Positions 22,504 through 33,719 of a stretch of 64,000 nucleotides of DNA are shown in pieces. The DNA lies in the NCBI GenBank assembly GCA_000165345.1, contig CM000434.1, positions 1 through 64,000 of the forward strand. Direction: 5' to 3'. The notes beneath the pieces are model-generated. The model was not told the DNA's origin and ran no database searches. It saw nothing but the letters and a program-made list of their open reading frames with translations. The position numbers and the translations under genes are program-made. Positions within the stretch are counted from its first letter, which is position 1; each line of letters begins with the position of its first letter.

Positions 22504-22635
22504 TAGACAAGGAAAGTGTATAAGAAAAGGAAGATATTTAATAATTAGAACCGATTAGTGCTTTAAAACTTAGGTTGCCTAGTTTTGGTTACTATTTAGG
22601 AAATACCAAGGAATATTAACACAACTATATTTTTT

Positions 22636-23934
22636 TTAGTTTTTTTTATCTTTCAACTTCTTTAGGCTGACAATTCTGTCACATACAGTGGGATGAGATA
22701 AGTGGATAAAACTATAAATAGGGTCGAATATCATGCAAGAACTTGATTTCTTTGAAAGTCTAAACAGTGAATTTGCAAGAAAATCCCCAAATCCAAGATT
22801 AAATGAAAACTCATCAGCTTTATACTCAGCATGTTGAGACATGATAGAATGAAGAATTCCAACAATTGAGCTGAAAGGACCCAATACATAGGAGAAAACA
22901 AGGAGAGATAGAACTAAATTCCTACCTCCAAGTTTTGGATCTAAAGAGAAACCAAATGACAAGTAAAGTCCATTCCATGAAAACGTTAAGTGGAAAATGA
23001 AAAGAGTTACAAATGTTTGGATAAATGAAAAGAACAATAGTTTGTAGTTATCCCAGTTCTTCCAGTGGCCTATTTCATGCCCTATAATTGCAACTATCTC
23101 ATCTTGGGGGAAATCAAGAATGGTATCATATAAAATAATAGATTTAGATTTGAATGCACCTGAAAAGAATGCATTTCCATGATTCGATCTGAGAGAAGCA
23201 TCCATTTGATATAGATTCTTTAACGGGAAATTAACATCTTTGCAAAGTTTACTGATTTTTTCTGCAAGTTCTTGATTCTCAACTGGAGTGAGTTTGTTAA
23301 AAATAGGGACAATAATAATTGGATATATTATTGAAAAGATAAATATGAAACCAAATTGTACTAGAGCAATATATACATAAAAGTATTTACCTGTATTATT
23401 AGCAATGTATATCATTACAGAAAGCAGAATCGTTCCAAATACAGTAACAAGAAGTCCTGACTTGATCTGATCCATTATAAATATCTTTAATGTTGAGTTA
23501 TTAAAACCATATTTCTCTTCCAAAACAAACGTGTAGTAAAGATCGAAAGCAAGACTAATAGGATAATCTAATAACATCATTGCCCCACAAAATAATAAAG
23601 ATGAGACGTATTCATTCGAACTAATTCTTGTGTAAATAATTTCCCACATTAATGGATAAATTACATAAAAAACAAATAGCCAGTTAATAACAAAAGTGAC
23701 TGCTCTACTAATCAGTCCAAATACCATCTTTGAATTGCTGTATGATTGGGACTTCTTAAATTCTTCATTGGAAACTTCTCCACAGTCTTTGTAGGCATCT
23801 AATATATACTTAGGAATCTCTTTGATATCATAACATTTTTTTTGTCTAAGATCAACGTATAAGTAAAGTAAATATTTGATTAAGTTGATCAGAAAGATTC
23901 CCTGAACTAATTTATTTCCGATTATTGTTTGCAT
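22636..23934 (-). CDS. STE24: CAAX prenyl protease 1 (Ste24/ZMPSTE24, peptidase M48), 432 aa
   Basis: ATG at 23934 verified. Multiple TM helices. Zinc site IIGHEIGHWKNWDN (HExxH) followed by a downstream conserved acidic region. Length and topology fit the Ste24 family. Confidence 0.88.
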   Translation of the reverse strand: MQTIIGNKLVQGIFLINLIKYLLYLYVDLRQKKCYDIKEIPKYILDAYKDCGEVSNEEFKKSQSYSNSKMVFGLISRAVTFVINWLFVFYVIYPLMWEIIYTRISSNEYVSSLLFCGAMMLLDYPISLAFDLYYTFVLEEKYGFNNSTLKIFIMDQIKSGLLVTVFGTILLSVMIYIANNTGKYFYVYIALVQFGFIFIFSIIYPIIIVPIFNKLTPVENQELAEKISKLCKDVNFPLKNLYQMDASLRSNHGNAFFSGAFKSKSIILYDTILDFPQDEIVAIIGHEIGHWKNWDNYKLLFFSFIQTFVTLFIFHLTFSWNGLYLSFGFSLDPKLGGRNLVLSLLVFSYVLGPFSSIVGILHSIMSQHAEYKADEFSFNLGFGDFLANSLFRLSKKSSSCMIFDPIYSFIHLSHPTVCDRIVSLKKLKDKKN

Positions 23935-24210
23935 TCTAATGATAAAGAGTAATAATTATTTTGATGGTATTTACAAGTTAAATGTCAGACAGTCCTTGTT
24001 ATTGCTTTAATATCGAAAAAGTTAACTAATAGTTAAAGATATTTTATGTTGATCAGATGATGCTTTTTGAGACCTTTTCAATAACTTATTCAAACCTTAT
24101 ATGGAAACTTATTTTATTTGAGATTTGGACTTAACTATATTTGTCGCCCCTCGTAATACAACGTGAAAAGTGAAATATTAAAAAAAAAAAAACCAAATGG
24201 CACCCACAAC

Positions 24211-24220
24211 TTGGCGCCAA
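24211..24220. promoter_or_regulatory. TTGGCGCCAA palindrome about 280 bp upstream of STE24
   Basis: Direct reading. Confidence 0.55.
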
Positions 24221-24269
24221 AATATGAGAACTTTATTTAAGAAATACAAAGGGAATTTATAAAAAAAAA

Positions 24270-25604
24270 TTAATAAAATTCAGAAGCATGTTCTTTTTGT
24301 AGTTTTCTAGATGATTTAGGCTTTTCATTGTGATTACCTTGGGATTCAGTGCTACCTGCAGCTCTTCCTCCTCCTTGCCAAGATGAAAGCTCCTCTTCTC
24401 GCTCCTCATCTTCTTGTTTTTGAAGGTTTGAGGCCTCCCTATCAAAGAAATCTGATGGAACATAAGCAAATTCTACTCCTGGAGCGTGTTCCAAATATCT
24501 CAAATTATCAATAACTTTCGCTTTAATTTTTTCCAGATGTTCTGGTGAGTTCATATTAGGCAAATTAAGTGGAGGAATATGGAGTTTAAAGTCTGGTGCA
24601 AAGTAATCATAGTAGTCATTCAAAGGTATATTATCTGAAATCAAATCAGTTCTATCTAGAATTGTAGCAGTTTCATATGCCCAAGTTCTAGCAACATTTC
24701 TTATTGTATATCCTCCACCCCCAAGTATAAGTAGGGGAATATTAAATTTCTTGCAAAATTCGACGCATTCCGCATGCCCTTTAATTGATAGATTAAAACG
24801 ACCAAGTCTATCGCCTCTTACAGAATCAGCTCCACACTGAAGAACTATTGCACCCGGCCTATATACTTCAATACATTTACTAATAATAGGTTTAAATAAT
24901 GATAAGAAAGAGTCGTCATCAATACCATCATTTAATGGTACATTAACACTATAGTATTTACCTTGAGCAACTCCAATATCTGTGATATCACCAGTTCCTG
25001 GGAAAAACTCTCCAAACTTATGGAAGGAAACTGTTAATACCCTATGAGAAAGGTAGAAAGCCTCCTCTACACCGTCTCCATGGTGTACATCTATATCAAT
25101 ATACATAACTCTAGCATGATATTTAAGTAACTCCAAAATCCCTAAAACTATATCGTTAATGTAGCAGAATCCACTAGCCTCAGATCTTTTTGCATGGTGA
25201 AGTCCACCGCTCCAATTAATACAAATGTCAGATTGTTCATTATTTAATTTATAAGCACCATCGATACTACCACCAGCACATATTTGCTGGAATTCAAAAA
25301 GACCATCAAATACAGGGCAATCAGTTGTCTCTCCTAGATTAAATCTTTTAAGTTGTAGCCCAAAATCTTTAGAGTTATCAGGGTTAATACTTGAAAGGAA
25401 ATTGATATAGTCTTCCTCATGAAAATAAACTAACTCACTCTGTGGCGATTTGTGAGGCTTGTAAATTTCCATATGCTTATATAGGTCGTATGAAAGTATT
25501 AAGTTGTGAGCCATTCTAATTCTTTGAGGCTTCATTGGATGGCCTGGGCCATAATAATAACTTCCTATGTCTCCATCATAGAAATATGAAACTCTTTTTG
25601 CCAT
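24270..25604 (-). CDS. HDAC1: Class I histone deacetylase (Rpd3/HDAC1-like), 444 aa
   Basis: ATG at 25604 verified. N-terminus [50 protein letters not shown] matches the HDAC1/2 start almost motif for motif. Catalytic residues present: GGGLHHAKR...[14 protein letters not shown]...GGGGYT. Acidic/Ser-rich C-terminal tail. Confidence 0.92.
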   Translation of the reverse strand: MAKRVSYFYDGDIGSYYYGPGHPMKPQRIRMAHNLILSYDLYKHMEIYKPHKSPQSELVYFHEEDYINFLSSINPDNSKDFGLQLKRFNLGETTDCPVFDGLFEFQQICAGGSIDGAYKLNNEQSDICINWSGGLHHAKRSEASGFCYINDIVLGILELLKYHARVMYIDIDVHHGDGVEEAFYLSHRVLTVSFHKFGEFFPGTGDITDIGVAQGKYYSVNVPLNDGIDDDSFLSLFKPIISKCIEVYRPGAIVLQCGADSVRGDRLGRFNLSIKGHAECVEFCKKFNIPLLILGGGGYTIRNVARTWAYETATILDRTDLISDNIPLNDYYDYFAPDFKLHIPPLNLPNMNSPEHLEKIKAKVIDNLRYLEHAPGVEFAYVPSDFFDREASNLQKQEDEEREEELSSWQGGGRAAGSTESQGNHNEKPKSSRKLQKEHASEFY

Positions 25605-25882
25605 CTTTAAAGATATTACTACAATGTTATTTAAATGGCTGACTAATAAAATTTATTAGTTTTAACTCATATAAATTACTATATTTGTTTTAGTAAAACT
25701 AATTAGCATTAAAGACACTTAGTGGAGATGCCACCTTTACAGCTTTGAATGATTCCTCCCTGTCAGATACTACACTCTTTGGAATAAACTATTTACTTAA
25801 ACTTTAATCCCTATTTTTTAATCCGTGTAATAGTAGTGAAACTTGAACTTCAGGTAATTATGACAATTTGTCAATTCTCAGT

Positions 25883-25892
25883 TTGGCGCCCA
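25883..25892. promoter_or_regulatory. TTTGGCGCCC, E2F-like element about 280 bp upstream of the HDAC gene
   Basis: Direct reading. Confidence 0.5.
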
Positions 25893-26307
25893 TTATTTTT
25901 TCCAAATGTAGATTAATATTTTAATTTTGAAATATAAGAAAAAATATTGATAATTTTGAACAAAAAATCATTACAAAATCCTACTATTAACCGTAATTCA
26001 ATTTCCTAGTTTGTTTAGGGATCATAGGCACAAAAAAAAATCATGTTTTCAGATTGAAAATTTTAACTTTATTTAAATACATTTTGCACTATTATATTTT
26101 AGGCTGAAAATTAAAAGTAATCATTATACATAAAATTATTCTAACCAAAAAAATAGTAGTTTAAGTACAATTTTAATGAAATATAAATTTATCAAATAAA
26201 TTATATGAAAAAAATCTGAATTAATTGCCTTGCAAATGGTATTTCGATAGCAATAGTATATGGGACAAACTCTAAATTCCATATCAAAATAATGGAAATG
26301 TGGCAAA

Positions 26308-28647
26308 CTAACTGCTAATAGAAAAATGATTATTGAATTCATTTTCTATTCTGACTCTACTAACTGGCAGAGTGTATTGAATTCCAAGTTGTCTCAAAGT
26401 ATGTAATATAAATAGTAGTAGTTTACTTTTGCTTATTAAAAGCTTTCTTCTGTTATGAAATGGGTCTGTATTAGTGATCCACATATAAACAGTAGCTGAA
26501 TGCCCTGGCTGAATTGCATTAATACCACACCAGAAATTTGATGCAACAAATTCTGAAGGTCTGACAGAAATATATTCTTGTACAGCTGTAGCCAATGCTT
26601 CTATCGAGAATGGAGACGTAGTATCAGAAATTAAAAATTGGATTTCAGAAGAACAGCATTTACTTCTACTCTCATTGTATATCATTTGTGAAGATAACCA
26701 AGAGTGAGGAATAAGTACTGGTGCTTCAAATACAGTATGAAACTCTGTGTAAAATGTTTCGATTTTCTTTACAATCATGGCACCACCATTGTTCACTCTA
26801 ATCCTATCACCAACATTATATGGATTGAGGAATATTACAAATATTACTGCAGAAAAGAAATTTGAGTATATATAAGAGAGACCAACAGAAAGGGATGAAA
26901 TAATAGCAGCTCCAGAAATAACCAATGTATTGACGTTAATTCCAACCATTAAAAGAATTACAATTCCCGTAAAGAACCATGAAAAGATAGAAATCATTCT
27001 CCTAAAAACTTGAACAATACCTTCCTGACTAGATGCAGCACGTAGGATCTTCTTTCTACTATCATATATGCCAACACAAAATCTAACCCACTCCTCCTCA
27101 GTAATTTGTCCACGCCTTGCGGTATCAATTTGTTTGATCAAGTCTCCAAGCGGTTTATCGTATAGAATATCAAGTACTGAGTTTGGAAGAGTAGTAGGAA
27201 GAGATTGGTTTTTATTTTTATTATCAGCTTGAGTTTGAGACCTTTCGTTACTTGAGTTGTTATTGTTAGTATTGGAATAATTATTATCAGTCTGTTGCTC
27301 CTCTACAATTTTTTGTTGATTATTGCTCTTTTGATGATTTGAACCACTTTTACTAAATAGGGTATCGGACGAACTTTTCTTTTCAAAATAATCTACATTT
27401 CTCAAATCTGTACCTTTGAAATCATGTCTTTCTTCAAAATCTATAAGTGCATGGCAGAATGTATCATCTCCTATTATTGAATATGTGTCGGACCTTAATG
27501 GAGGTTCTTTTTGAGGTTTAACATGATCTGTCCCTCCAATGTAGTGGTAGAGCATAATAGCATGTAGATGTTGCAGGATATCATAAAATATAATCTTTGC
27601 AAAGTCTCTTGCCTGTTGTTTGGTTCTAATTTCATATTTATCATGGTCAATGTAAATAGAGACATTATATTGTTTAATAAACTGAAGAGCTAACCAGTTT
27701 TCAGATGAGCTTTTTGCCGTATAATCAATGTTATAGTCCATAAGCATACTGGGTACATTGGGTATATTACCTGTTGTCACTCTATTTGGTGATTTTTGAT
27801 TGTCAATTTGAGGGAAATTGGACTTGTTGGGCAACTCCATTCCTGTTGAATATAAGAGAAAATCTTTCTTCTGAATATGAGGCTTAATTAAATAAAGTTT
27901 TGTATCTATTCTTCTCAAAAGTGAATATTGTCTTAAAAATTGGGAGACTTGTGGATTTATACTCATAATAAAATCCAACCTAAAATAAAATGTAATAATT
28001 GCAAGCAGGAGTCTTCTTACAGTCATAATCAAAATTGCAATATGACAACATTGAATTAGATCCCACGGTACCTTTGGTATCTTTAAAGAGGGTAGTATAT
28101 TGTCAAACCACTTTAAAGTATATGTATGAATTGGTTCAACACCTGATATGGGATCTATTGTTGCATTCATTTCTCCCATTGTTAATACTAAACATAATGT
28201 TGACCAAATACAATATACTAGTTCTGGATCGAGAGAACCAGACACCGCTGCAAAAAATCTTCCTTCACCAAACCTTGATAATGTATATAATGTGATAATA
28301 TGCCTCAAGCACATTATTATAATGTAAGTAAATACATCCAAAAGAAGAATAAAAAAGGGGTAAGTAAATGGGTTTTTATCACCAATCTTTTTCAAATACG
28401 TGATTGAGGCTCCAACAGAAACTATTACTAACAAAAACCCTCCTAAAGGAGACCAATCTGGTAGAAATAATTTCAACCATATATTACGTGGGTCTTCTTC
28501 TTCCTCCTCCTCCTCCTCTTCCTTCTTTATTTCTTGTCCAACAACTGAAGGGGACCTGAAGAACTCCTCTGAGCCCTTACTGGATACAGAGGTCCTCTTA
28601 CTTTCTCCATTACTTTCCGAATGTTTATTAGCAGTCTTTCTCAACAT
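26308..28647 (-). CDS. Mechanosensitive ion channel, MscS-like (MSL family), 779 aa
   Basis: ATG at 28647 verified. N-terminal poly-Glu, then TM helices. The C-terminal region NPYNVGDRIRVNNGGAMIVKKIETFYTEFHTVFEAPVLIPHSWLSSQMIYNESRS matches the MscS beta-domain signature P[FY]xVGDxI...G.V..I....T.......IPNS.....I.N.SR. Confidence 0.72.
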   Translation of the reverse strand: MLRKTANKHSESNGESKRTSVSSKGSEEFFRSPSVVGQEIKKEEEEEEEEEDPRNIWLKLFLPDWSPLGGFLLVIVSVGASITYLKKIGDKNPFTYPFFILLLDVFTYIIIMCLRHIITLYTLSRFGEGRFFAAVSGSLDPELVYCIWSTLCLVLTMGEMNATIDPISGVEPIHTYTLKWFDNILPSLKIPKVPWDLIQCCHIAILIMTVRRLLLAIITFYFRLDFIMSINPQVSQFLRQYSLLRRIDTKLYLIKPHIQKKDFLLYSTGMELPNKSNFPQIDNQKSPNRVTTGNIPNVPSMLMDYNIDYTAKSSSENWLALQFIKQYNVSIYIDHDKYEIRTKQQARDFAKIIFYDILQHLHAIMLYHYIGGTDHVKPQKEPPLRSDTYSIIGDDTFCHALIDFEERHDFKGTDLRNVDYFEKKSSSDTLFSKSGSNHQKSNNQQKIVEEQQTDNNYSNTNNNNSSNERSQTQADNKNKNQSLPTTLPNSVLDILYDKPLGDLIKQIDTARRGQITEEEWVRFCVGIYDSRKKILRAASSQEGIVQVFRRMISIFSWFFTGIVILLMVGINVNTLVISGAAIISSLSVGLSYIYSNFFSAVIFVIFLNPYNVGDRIRVNNGGAMIVKKIETFYTEFHTVFEAPVLIPHSWLSSQMIYNESRSKCCSSEIQFLISDTTSPFSIEALATAVQEYISVRPSEFVASNFWCGINAIQPGHSATVYMWITNTDPFHNRRKLLISKSKLLLFILHTLRQLGIQYTLPVSRVRIENEFNNHFSISS

Positions 28648-29221
28648 ATAATCTACTCGTAAACTAAATTTTATTTTGTGTTTATTGCACTATTTATGAT
28701 TTAAGCGCAGCTTCTACACTGATAAGCTTCTCTCTTTAATTCCTTCCTTTGTACTCCTATTCAATACAGGGAGCTCTCACCTTTCTTTTGTGAAATACTT
28801 TTTTTTTTTATATCCTATTTCGTTATTGTCATCCTATACCCAAAAAATTCAACGCGGCCACGTCTTGTCTATCGGTCTTTATGCATTACTGGCTGTAATT
28901 TGTAAATGTGAAAGAAAGATAGGGGAGTCAAGCAAATAGAAATAGGTTCAGAAGATAAGGTTTAGGTTTTAATTAGAGTTTAAGCTCATTTGAATTAGTG
29001 GATATTTTTATTTGTAAGAAATTTGGAATTTTAGTTGTGCAAGGATATCATTATAGAAGCAGAATCTTTGTACCAAAGAAACAAATATCCCTTTGAAACA
29101 ATTTTGGGTAAATAAAGTAAATTTATAATTTAAGTCTAATTCAGAGAAAGAGGTACAGATTTATTGAGATAAACATAAATATAAGGTATTTGTTGATTTC
29201 AGTAATTATTATTTCGAATTA

Positions 29222-30154
29222 ATGAGTAAAAATTTATCAATAGTTGAACTCTCAAAGTATGTCCCTAATGGAGATATATTAGGTTCTCAGGAATTAAAAT
29301 TGAGGGAACTAGAGATAACAGGTATTGATGAGCTTACACAAGCAAAGAATTTGAGAAAAATAGATGTTTCAAAAAATAAGTTGGAATCTGTTTCATTTCT
29401 TAAATATTGCTGGAACTTAACAGATATAAATCTTAGTAATAATAACTTAACTTCAGTAGATGAAATTTGTAATCTTGAGAATGTAAAAATCTTAAATATA
29501 AGTAATAATAGTATCAAGTCAATAGAAAATTTGTGTAGGAGCCCAGGACTTCAAAAATCTCTTAAGGTTTTAATCGCTAATCATAATAAAATAAGATATA
29601 TTCCAGATTTAAGCCATTTTAAGGAACTAGAAACGGTCATTTTATCCCATAATGAGGCTATTGAAATTGAGAATCCTAAGAATCATTGTCCAAAGCTTAA
29701 AAAGATGAGTTTATCGAATAACTGTCTTAAACAATTTCCATTTAGCTTAAATTTTAATATGGTCCAGGAGCTAAGGCTCAATAATAACAAAATTCTTTCA
29801 TTGCCTTCAGACATAACTTATATGGGTAATATAAAGATTCTTGAGCTTGGACATAACTTTATTACTGAAATTGATCCTCTATTAAGTTTGACAAAATTAA
29901 AGTCATTAAATATTTCTAAAAATCCATGCATTATAGCAGAAGGTACCGAGGGTGATAATTCAAATTCAATAAAGACTTTAAATTTGATTAAAGAAAAATT
30001 GCCATCTTTGGATTCGTTGAATGGTAGTTTTATTTCCAAATCAAATGATAAAAAAAGAATAAATAAAAAAAAAGGTATTAAGAACGAAAATAAGAAGAAG
30101 TTTAGCACAGGAAAACCTAACTCTTTAAATAAAAAGATTATTAAAAAAGTCTAA
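29222..30154 (+). CDS. Leucine-rich-repeat protein with SDS22-type 22-residue LRRs (PP1-regulatory-subunit-like) and a Lys-rich tail, 310 aa
   Basis: ATG verified. About 10 tandem LxxLxxLxLxxNxIxxIxxL repeats (LTDINLSNNNLTSVDEICNLENVKILNISNNSIKSIENL...) and an LRRcap-like end (LNISKNPC), then a KKRINKKKGIKNENKKK tail. Confidence 0.7.
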   Translation: MSKNLSIVELSKYVPNGDILGSQELKLRELEITGIDELTQAKNLRKIDVSKNKLESVSFLKYCWNLTDINLSNNNLTSVDEICNLENVKILNISNNSIKSIENLCRSPGLQKSLKVLIANHNKIRYIPDLSHFKELETVILSHNEAIEIENPKNHCPKLKKMSLSNNCLKQFPFSLNFNMVQELRLNNNKILSLPSDITYMGNIKILELGHNFITEIDPLLSLTKLKSLNISKNPCIIAEGTEGDNSNSIKTLNLIKEKLPSLDSLNGSFISKSNDKKRINKKKGIKNENKKKFSTGKPNSLNKKIIKKV

Positions 30155-30270
30155 ATATTAAATGATAATTAGTTTATATGATAAAAGGTTAAAATCTTTA
30201 GTCAAAATGTTTAATTCTTTATTCTTAAATTTTAATCAGTAAAAATTTTCGTTTGCTAACTTTAGAGTGA

Positions 30271-31140
30271 TTAATCAGATAGATGACTGGATAGTATTAC
30301 TCCTATTCTTAGAGTTGCTACTGAAATGATTAACGAAATAATTATTCCAGGAATAGTTGAAATTAAATTATAAAGAGAGTCAGTAACAGTTAATTCTTTA
30401 ACAGTGAAAAGAGGTTCATCTATAAGATATATTTGATTGTTAATAATATCAGGCTTCTGACCCTCCTTATTAATCTTTTGTAAGATACTTTCCACAGAAA
30501 GTTTTGGCTTTGGTCTTTGAATTTTTGGGATTTCGTCTTTACTGCCTTTGTAAACAACAATTGCATTAATTTTGGGATTGTCTTCCTGTTTAAACATTGC
30601 TAAAATCAGTAGCTTCTCCTCTTTTGAATATCCCTGGGTTATGTTCATTCCATTTAATGAAATATTTTCACCATCAAAAGTACACTCAATGTATTCCTCC
30701 ATTGGTACACCAAATCCTACTTCCTTATATATATCAAAAGACTGTTTAAATATAACATTACCAACAGCAATACTAAAGACTTTTTTTCCGGGCTCTTTAA
30801 AGTGGATTTCACTAAACTTTAATACTATTGTAAATACACCAGGCGTCAATTTATTTAAATTGAGCATATATTGCAATGTTCTATCTGTAGAATATCTTTC
30901 TGATAGATATACAAAATCATCTTCTACGTAAGGAAATGGAGATAATTGTTTTCCTGAATCTGTACTAATACCTCCATTATATCCATTGTCTTCTTCGTAT
31001 AAAATATTCTCTGACTTTGAAAAATACCTTGGACCCCCACAATTCACGGCGTAAATGACTTCCGCATGTAATTTATCTAGTTGATAAAAAAACAAACAAA
31101 ACAATAACACAAATGAAACTTGTTTCATCTGTACGAGCAT
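30271..31140 (-). CDS. Malectin, an ER carbohydrate-binding type I membrane protein, 289 aa
   Basis: Signal peptide MKQVSFVLLFCLFFYQLDKLHA. Malectin-domain matches: VIYAVNCGGPRYFSKSENILYEED..., LKFSEIHFKEPGKKVFSIAVGN..., DNPKINAIVVYKG. A single C-terminal TM (IPGIIISLIISVATLRIGVIL). Shares an 800-bp head-to-head promoter with PDI. Confidence 0.8.
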   Translation of the reverse strand: MLVQMKQVSFVLLFCLFFYQLDKLHAEVIYAVNCGGPRYFSKSENILYEEDNGYNGGISTDSGKQLSPFPYVEDDFVYLSERYSTDRTLQYMLNLNKLTPGVFTIVLKFSEIHFKEPGKKVFSIAVGNVIFKQSFDIYKEVGFGVPMEEYIECTFDGENISLNGMNITQGYSKEEKLLILAMFKQEDNPKINAIVVYKGSKDEIPKIQRPKPKLSVESILQKINKEGQKPDIINNQIYLIDEPLFTVKELTVTDSLYNLISTIPGIIISLIISVATLRIGVILSSHLSD

Positions 31141-31655
31141 ACAAAGGTTTAAATGAGATTAACAACTCTAGTACATTAATTTTATGATATACTTTCAGAA
31201 TAATAGTTTACCGCCATTTTAGTCAATTTGCACACTGTTAGGGAGATATCAGGGTTTTTATTTAAGGGGGAAACAAGTCTTTAACTAAGAAGGATAAGTA
31301 AAACAAGTAAATTTTCTTAGACCATTCGATATGTTTTCTTTTAAAGTTAGGGCACCCCCAGTGTTCTCAATAGAATTAGTTAGTGCACACAAAATTATTA
31401 AAATTCCAAAAATTAAGACAAATAGAGGAAACTATAAGATCTAAAATAAATTAGAAAACTAGAAAGATTTGATTTGTTACTGCATTAGATCAGTTCAGAA
31501 GAATGTTCACTTGAGAAGCGTTTATAGGAAAAGCGACTTGATTTAATTGCTTTGATATAACTATCCGAAATCAGAATAAATAATGAATGATATTTATTAA
31601 TAGTTATTTAGAATTTATTGTTTCATATAGCTTAATTTATATTATTAGAATATTG

Positions 31656-31700
31656 TTAATTCCTGGCCCGCCACAACAACACTCAGGTTTTGGCGGTAAC
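31656..31700. promoter_or_regulatory. GGCCCGCCA and TTTTGGCGGTAAC E2F-like elements in the malectin/PDI bidirectional promoter
   Basis: Direct reading. 240-290 bp upstream of PDI and about 520-560 bp upstream of malectin. Confidence 0.45.
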
Positions 31701-31939
31701 AATACTACGTGGGGAAATAATTAATAGAGTGAGGGGGTTAGTGATAAATTGACAAAGGAGACAAAGAGACATAATAAGTTATAGATATTGGTAAAATGGA
31801 AAGAAAGTAATATATATCATTGGCAGGATATCAAGATTCCGGTCAAAGTGCGTATTGAGGGGTATTGATATTTTTTTTAAAAAGTGGCATACGCCAGTTA
31901 GTTTATATTTAGTTTCGTTTAATTACAAAACAAAAAAAA

Positions 31940-33385
31940 ATGATCGGAATTAGAAGCTTGGTTTCAGCAGCATTTTTAGGTTTTTCTTGTCTCTCCAAGG
32001 TAGTCTTGGGTGGAGATGAAGCTCACTTCATTTCAGAACACATTACTTCCTTAACTTCCTCCAACTTCGAAGACTTCATTAAGAGCAAGGAACACGTAAT
32101 TGTTACTTTCTTTGCCCCATGGTGCGGCCATTGTACTGCTTTAGAGCCAGAATTCAAGGCAACATGCGCTGAAATCTCAAAGCTCTCTCCCCCAGTACAC
32201 TGTGGCAGTGTTGATGCAACTGAAAATATGGAGCTTGCACAACAATATGGTGTGAGCGGATACCCAACCATCAAATTCTTCAGTGGTATTGACAGTGTTC
32301 AGAACTATTCAGGAGCAAGAAGCAAGGATGCATTCATCAAGTATATTAAGAAGTTGACCGGACCAGCAGTCCAAGTTGCTGAATCAGAAGAAGCTATCAA
32401 GACAATCTTCGCTTCTTCTTCTTCAGCCTTTGTTGGAAGATTCACCTCTAAGGACTCAGCTGAGTATGCTGTCTTCGAGAAGGTTGCTAGTGGTCACCGC
32501 GAGCACAACTATGCTTTCATTGCTTTCTTCCAAGAAGGTGAACAAAAGCTCGAGGTATTACACAAGGACGAGGAGCCAGTTTCTCTCCCAATGCCAAAGA
32601 CTGTTGAAGAGTTGGAGGCCAAGATATCCATAATGAATGTACCATTGTTCTCTGCAATTAGTGCTGAGAACTACTCCCTCTATATGTCAAGAGAAGGTTA
32701 TACTGCCTGGTTCTGTGGTACTAACGAGGACTTCGCCAAGTATGCTTCAAACATTAGAAAGGTTGCAGCTGATTACAGAGAAAAGTATGCCTTTGTTTTC
32801 CTTGATACTGAGCAATTTGGTTCCCATGCTACTCAACATCTCTTAATTGAGAAATTCCCAGGTTTGGTTATCCAAAGTGTCAATGTTCCATCAATTAGAT
32901 ACATGTATGGTCCAGCTAAATTCGACTCTGTTGAGCCATTAAAGGAATTTATGAAGCAAGTTTCTGAAGGCAAGCACGAACTCAGCATTAAGTCTGAGCC
33001 AATCCCAGCTGAGCAATCTGGTCCAGTCACTGTTGTTGTTGGTAAGACCTTCGAAGAAATTGTTTTCAGAAGTGACAAGGATGTTCTTTTGGAAATCTAT
33101 GCCCAATGGTGTGGACACTGTAAGAACCTCGAGCCAATCTACAACCAACTCGGCGAAGAGTACAAGGACAACGACAAGGTTGTGATTGCAAAGATCAATG
33201 GACCACAAAACGATATCCCATATGAAGGTTTCAGTCCAAGAGCCTTCCCAACTATCTTGTTCGTCAAGGCCGGAACTAGAACCCCAATTCCTTATGATGG
33301 AAAGAGAACTGTTGAGGCCTTCAAGGAATTCATCAGTGAACATTCTTCCTTCCCTCAAGAAAAGGAATCTCGTGACGAACTCTAA
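31940..33385 (+). CDS. PDI: Protein disulfide isomerase (a-b-b'-a' architecture, two WCGHC active sites, C-terminal RDEL)
   Basis: ATG verified. Signal peptide. APWCGHCTALEPEF (a domain) and AQWCGHCKNLEPIY (a' domain). ER-retrieval RDEL immediately before the stop. Confidence 0.93.
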   Translation: MIGIRSLVSAAFLGFSCLSKVVLGGDEAHFISEHITSLTSSNFEDFIKSKEHVIVTFFAPWCGHCTALEPEFKATCAEISKLSPPVHCGSVDATENMELAQQYGVSGYPTIKFFSGIDSVQNYSGARSKDAFIKYIKKLTGPAVQVAESEEAIKTIFASSSSAFVGRFTSKDSAEYAVFEKVASGHREHNYAFIAFFQEGEQKLEVLHKDEEPVSLPMPKTVEELEAKISIMNVPLFSAISAENYSLYMSREGYTAWFCGTNEDFAKYASNIRKVAADYREKYAFVFLDTEQFGSHATQHLLIEKFPGLVIQSVNVPSIRYMYGPAKFDSVEPLKEFMKQVSEGKHELSIKSEPIPAEQSGPVTVVVGKTFEEIVFRSDKDVLLEIYAQWCGHCKNLEPIYNQLGEEYKDNDKVVIAKINGPQNDIPYEGFSPRAFPTILFVKAGTRTPIPYDGKRTVEAFKEFISEHSSFPQEKESRDEL

Positions 33386-33719
33386 ACTTTTTTTTTTGTC
33401 ATCTAAGTAGTTAGCAACTAGACAGGACAAGATACTATTGTAATTACTATTAATTGATCTCAAACTACTTGTTTCTATGATTAAAATTTTCTAACAATTT
33501 GCATCTTTTATACATCTGTCACCTAATTACATTACATATAAATTACTTGTATATACCTGAATACAATGAATATTTGGATAAACGTTGATGAAAAACCATT
33601 GGGTAAAATAATCATAAGTAATATTAGTAGTAATACTAATCATTGTTTGAGTTTGAAATATAATAAAATGTTTTTTTATCGATCAAATGAAAGTTGAATT
33701 ACAATTTATGGCAACATAA

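Noticed and set aside
22025-22558. His-rich (HHHHHHHH…) plus-strand ORFs and a Val-rich minus-strand ORF overlapping the end of the 1562-aa gene
   Set aside because: They are alternative-frame or antisense readings of the (CCA/CCG)n poly-Pro coding repeat. They are nested in a much longer, well-supported ORF and have no independent start or promoter context.
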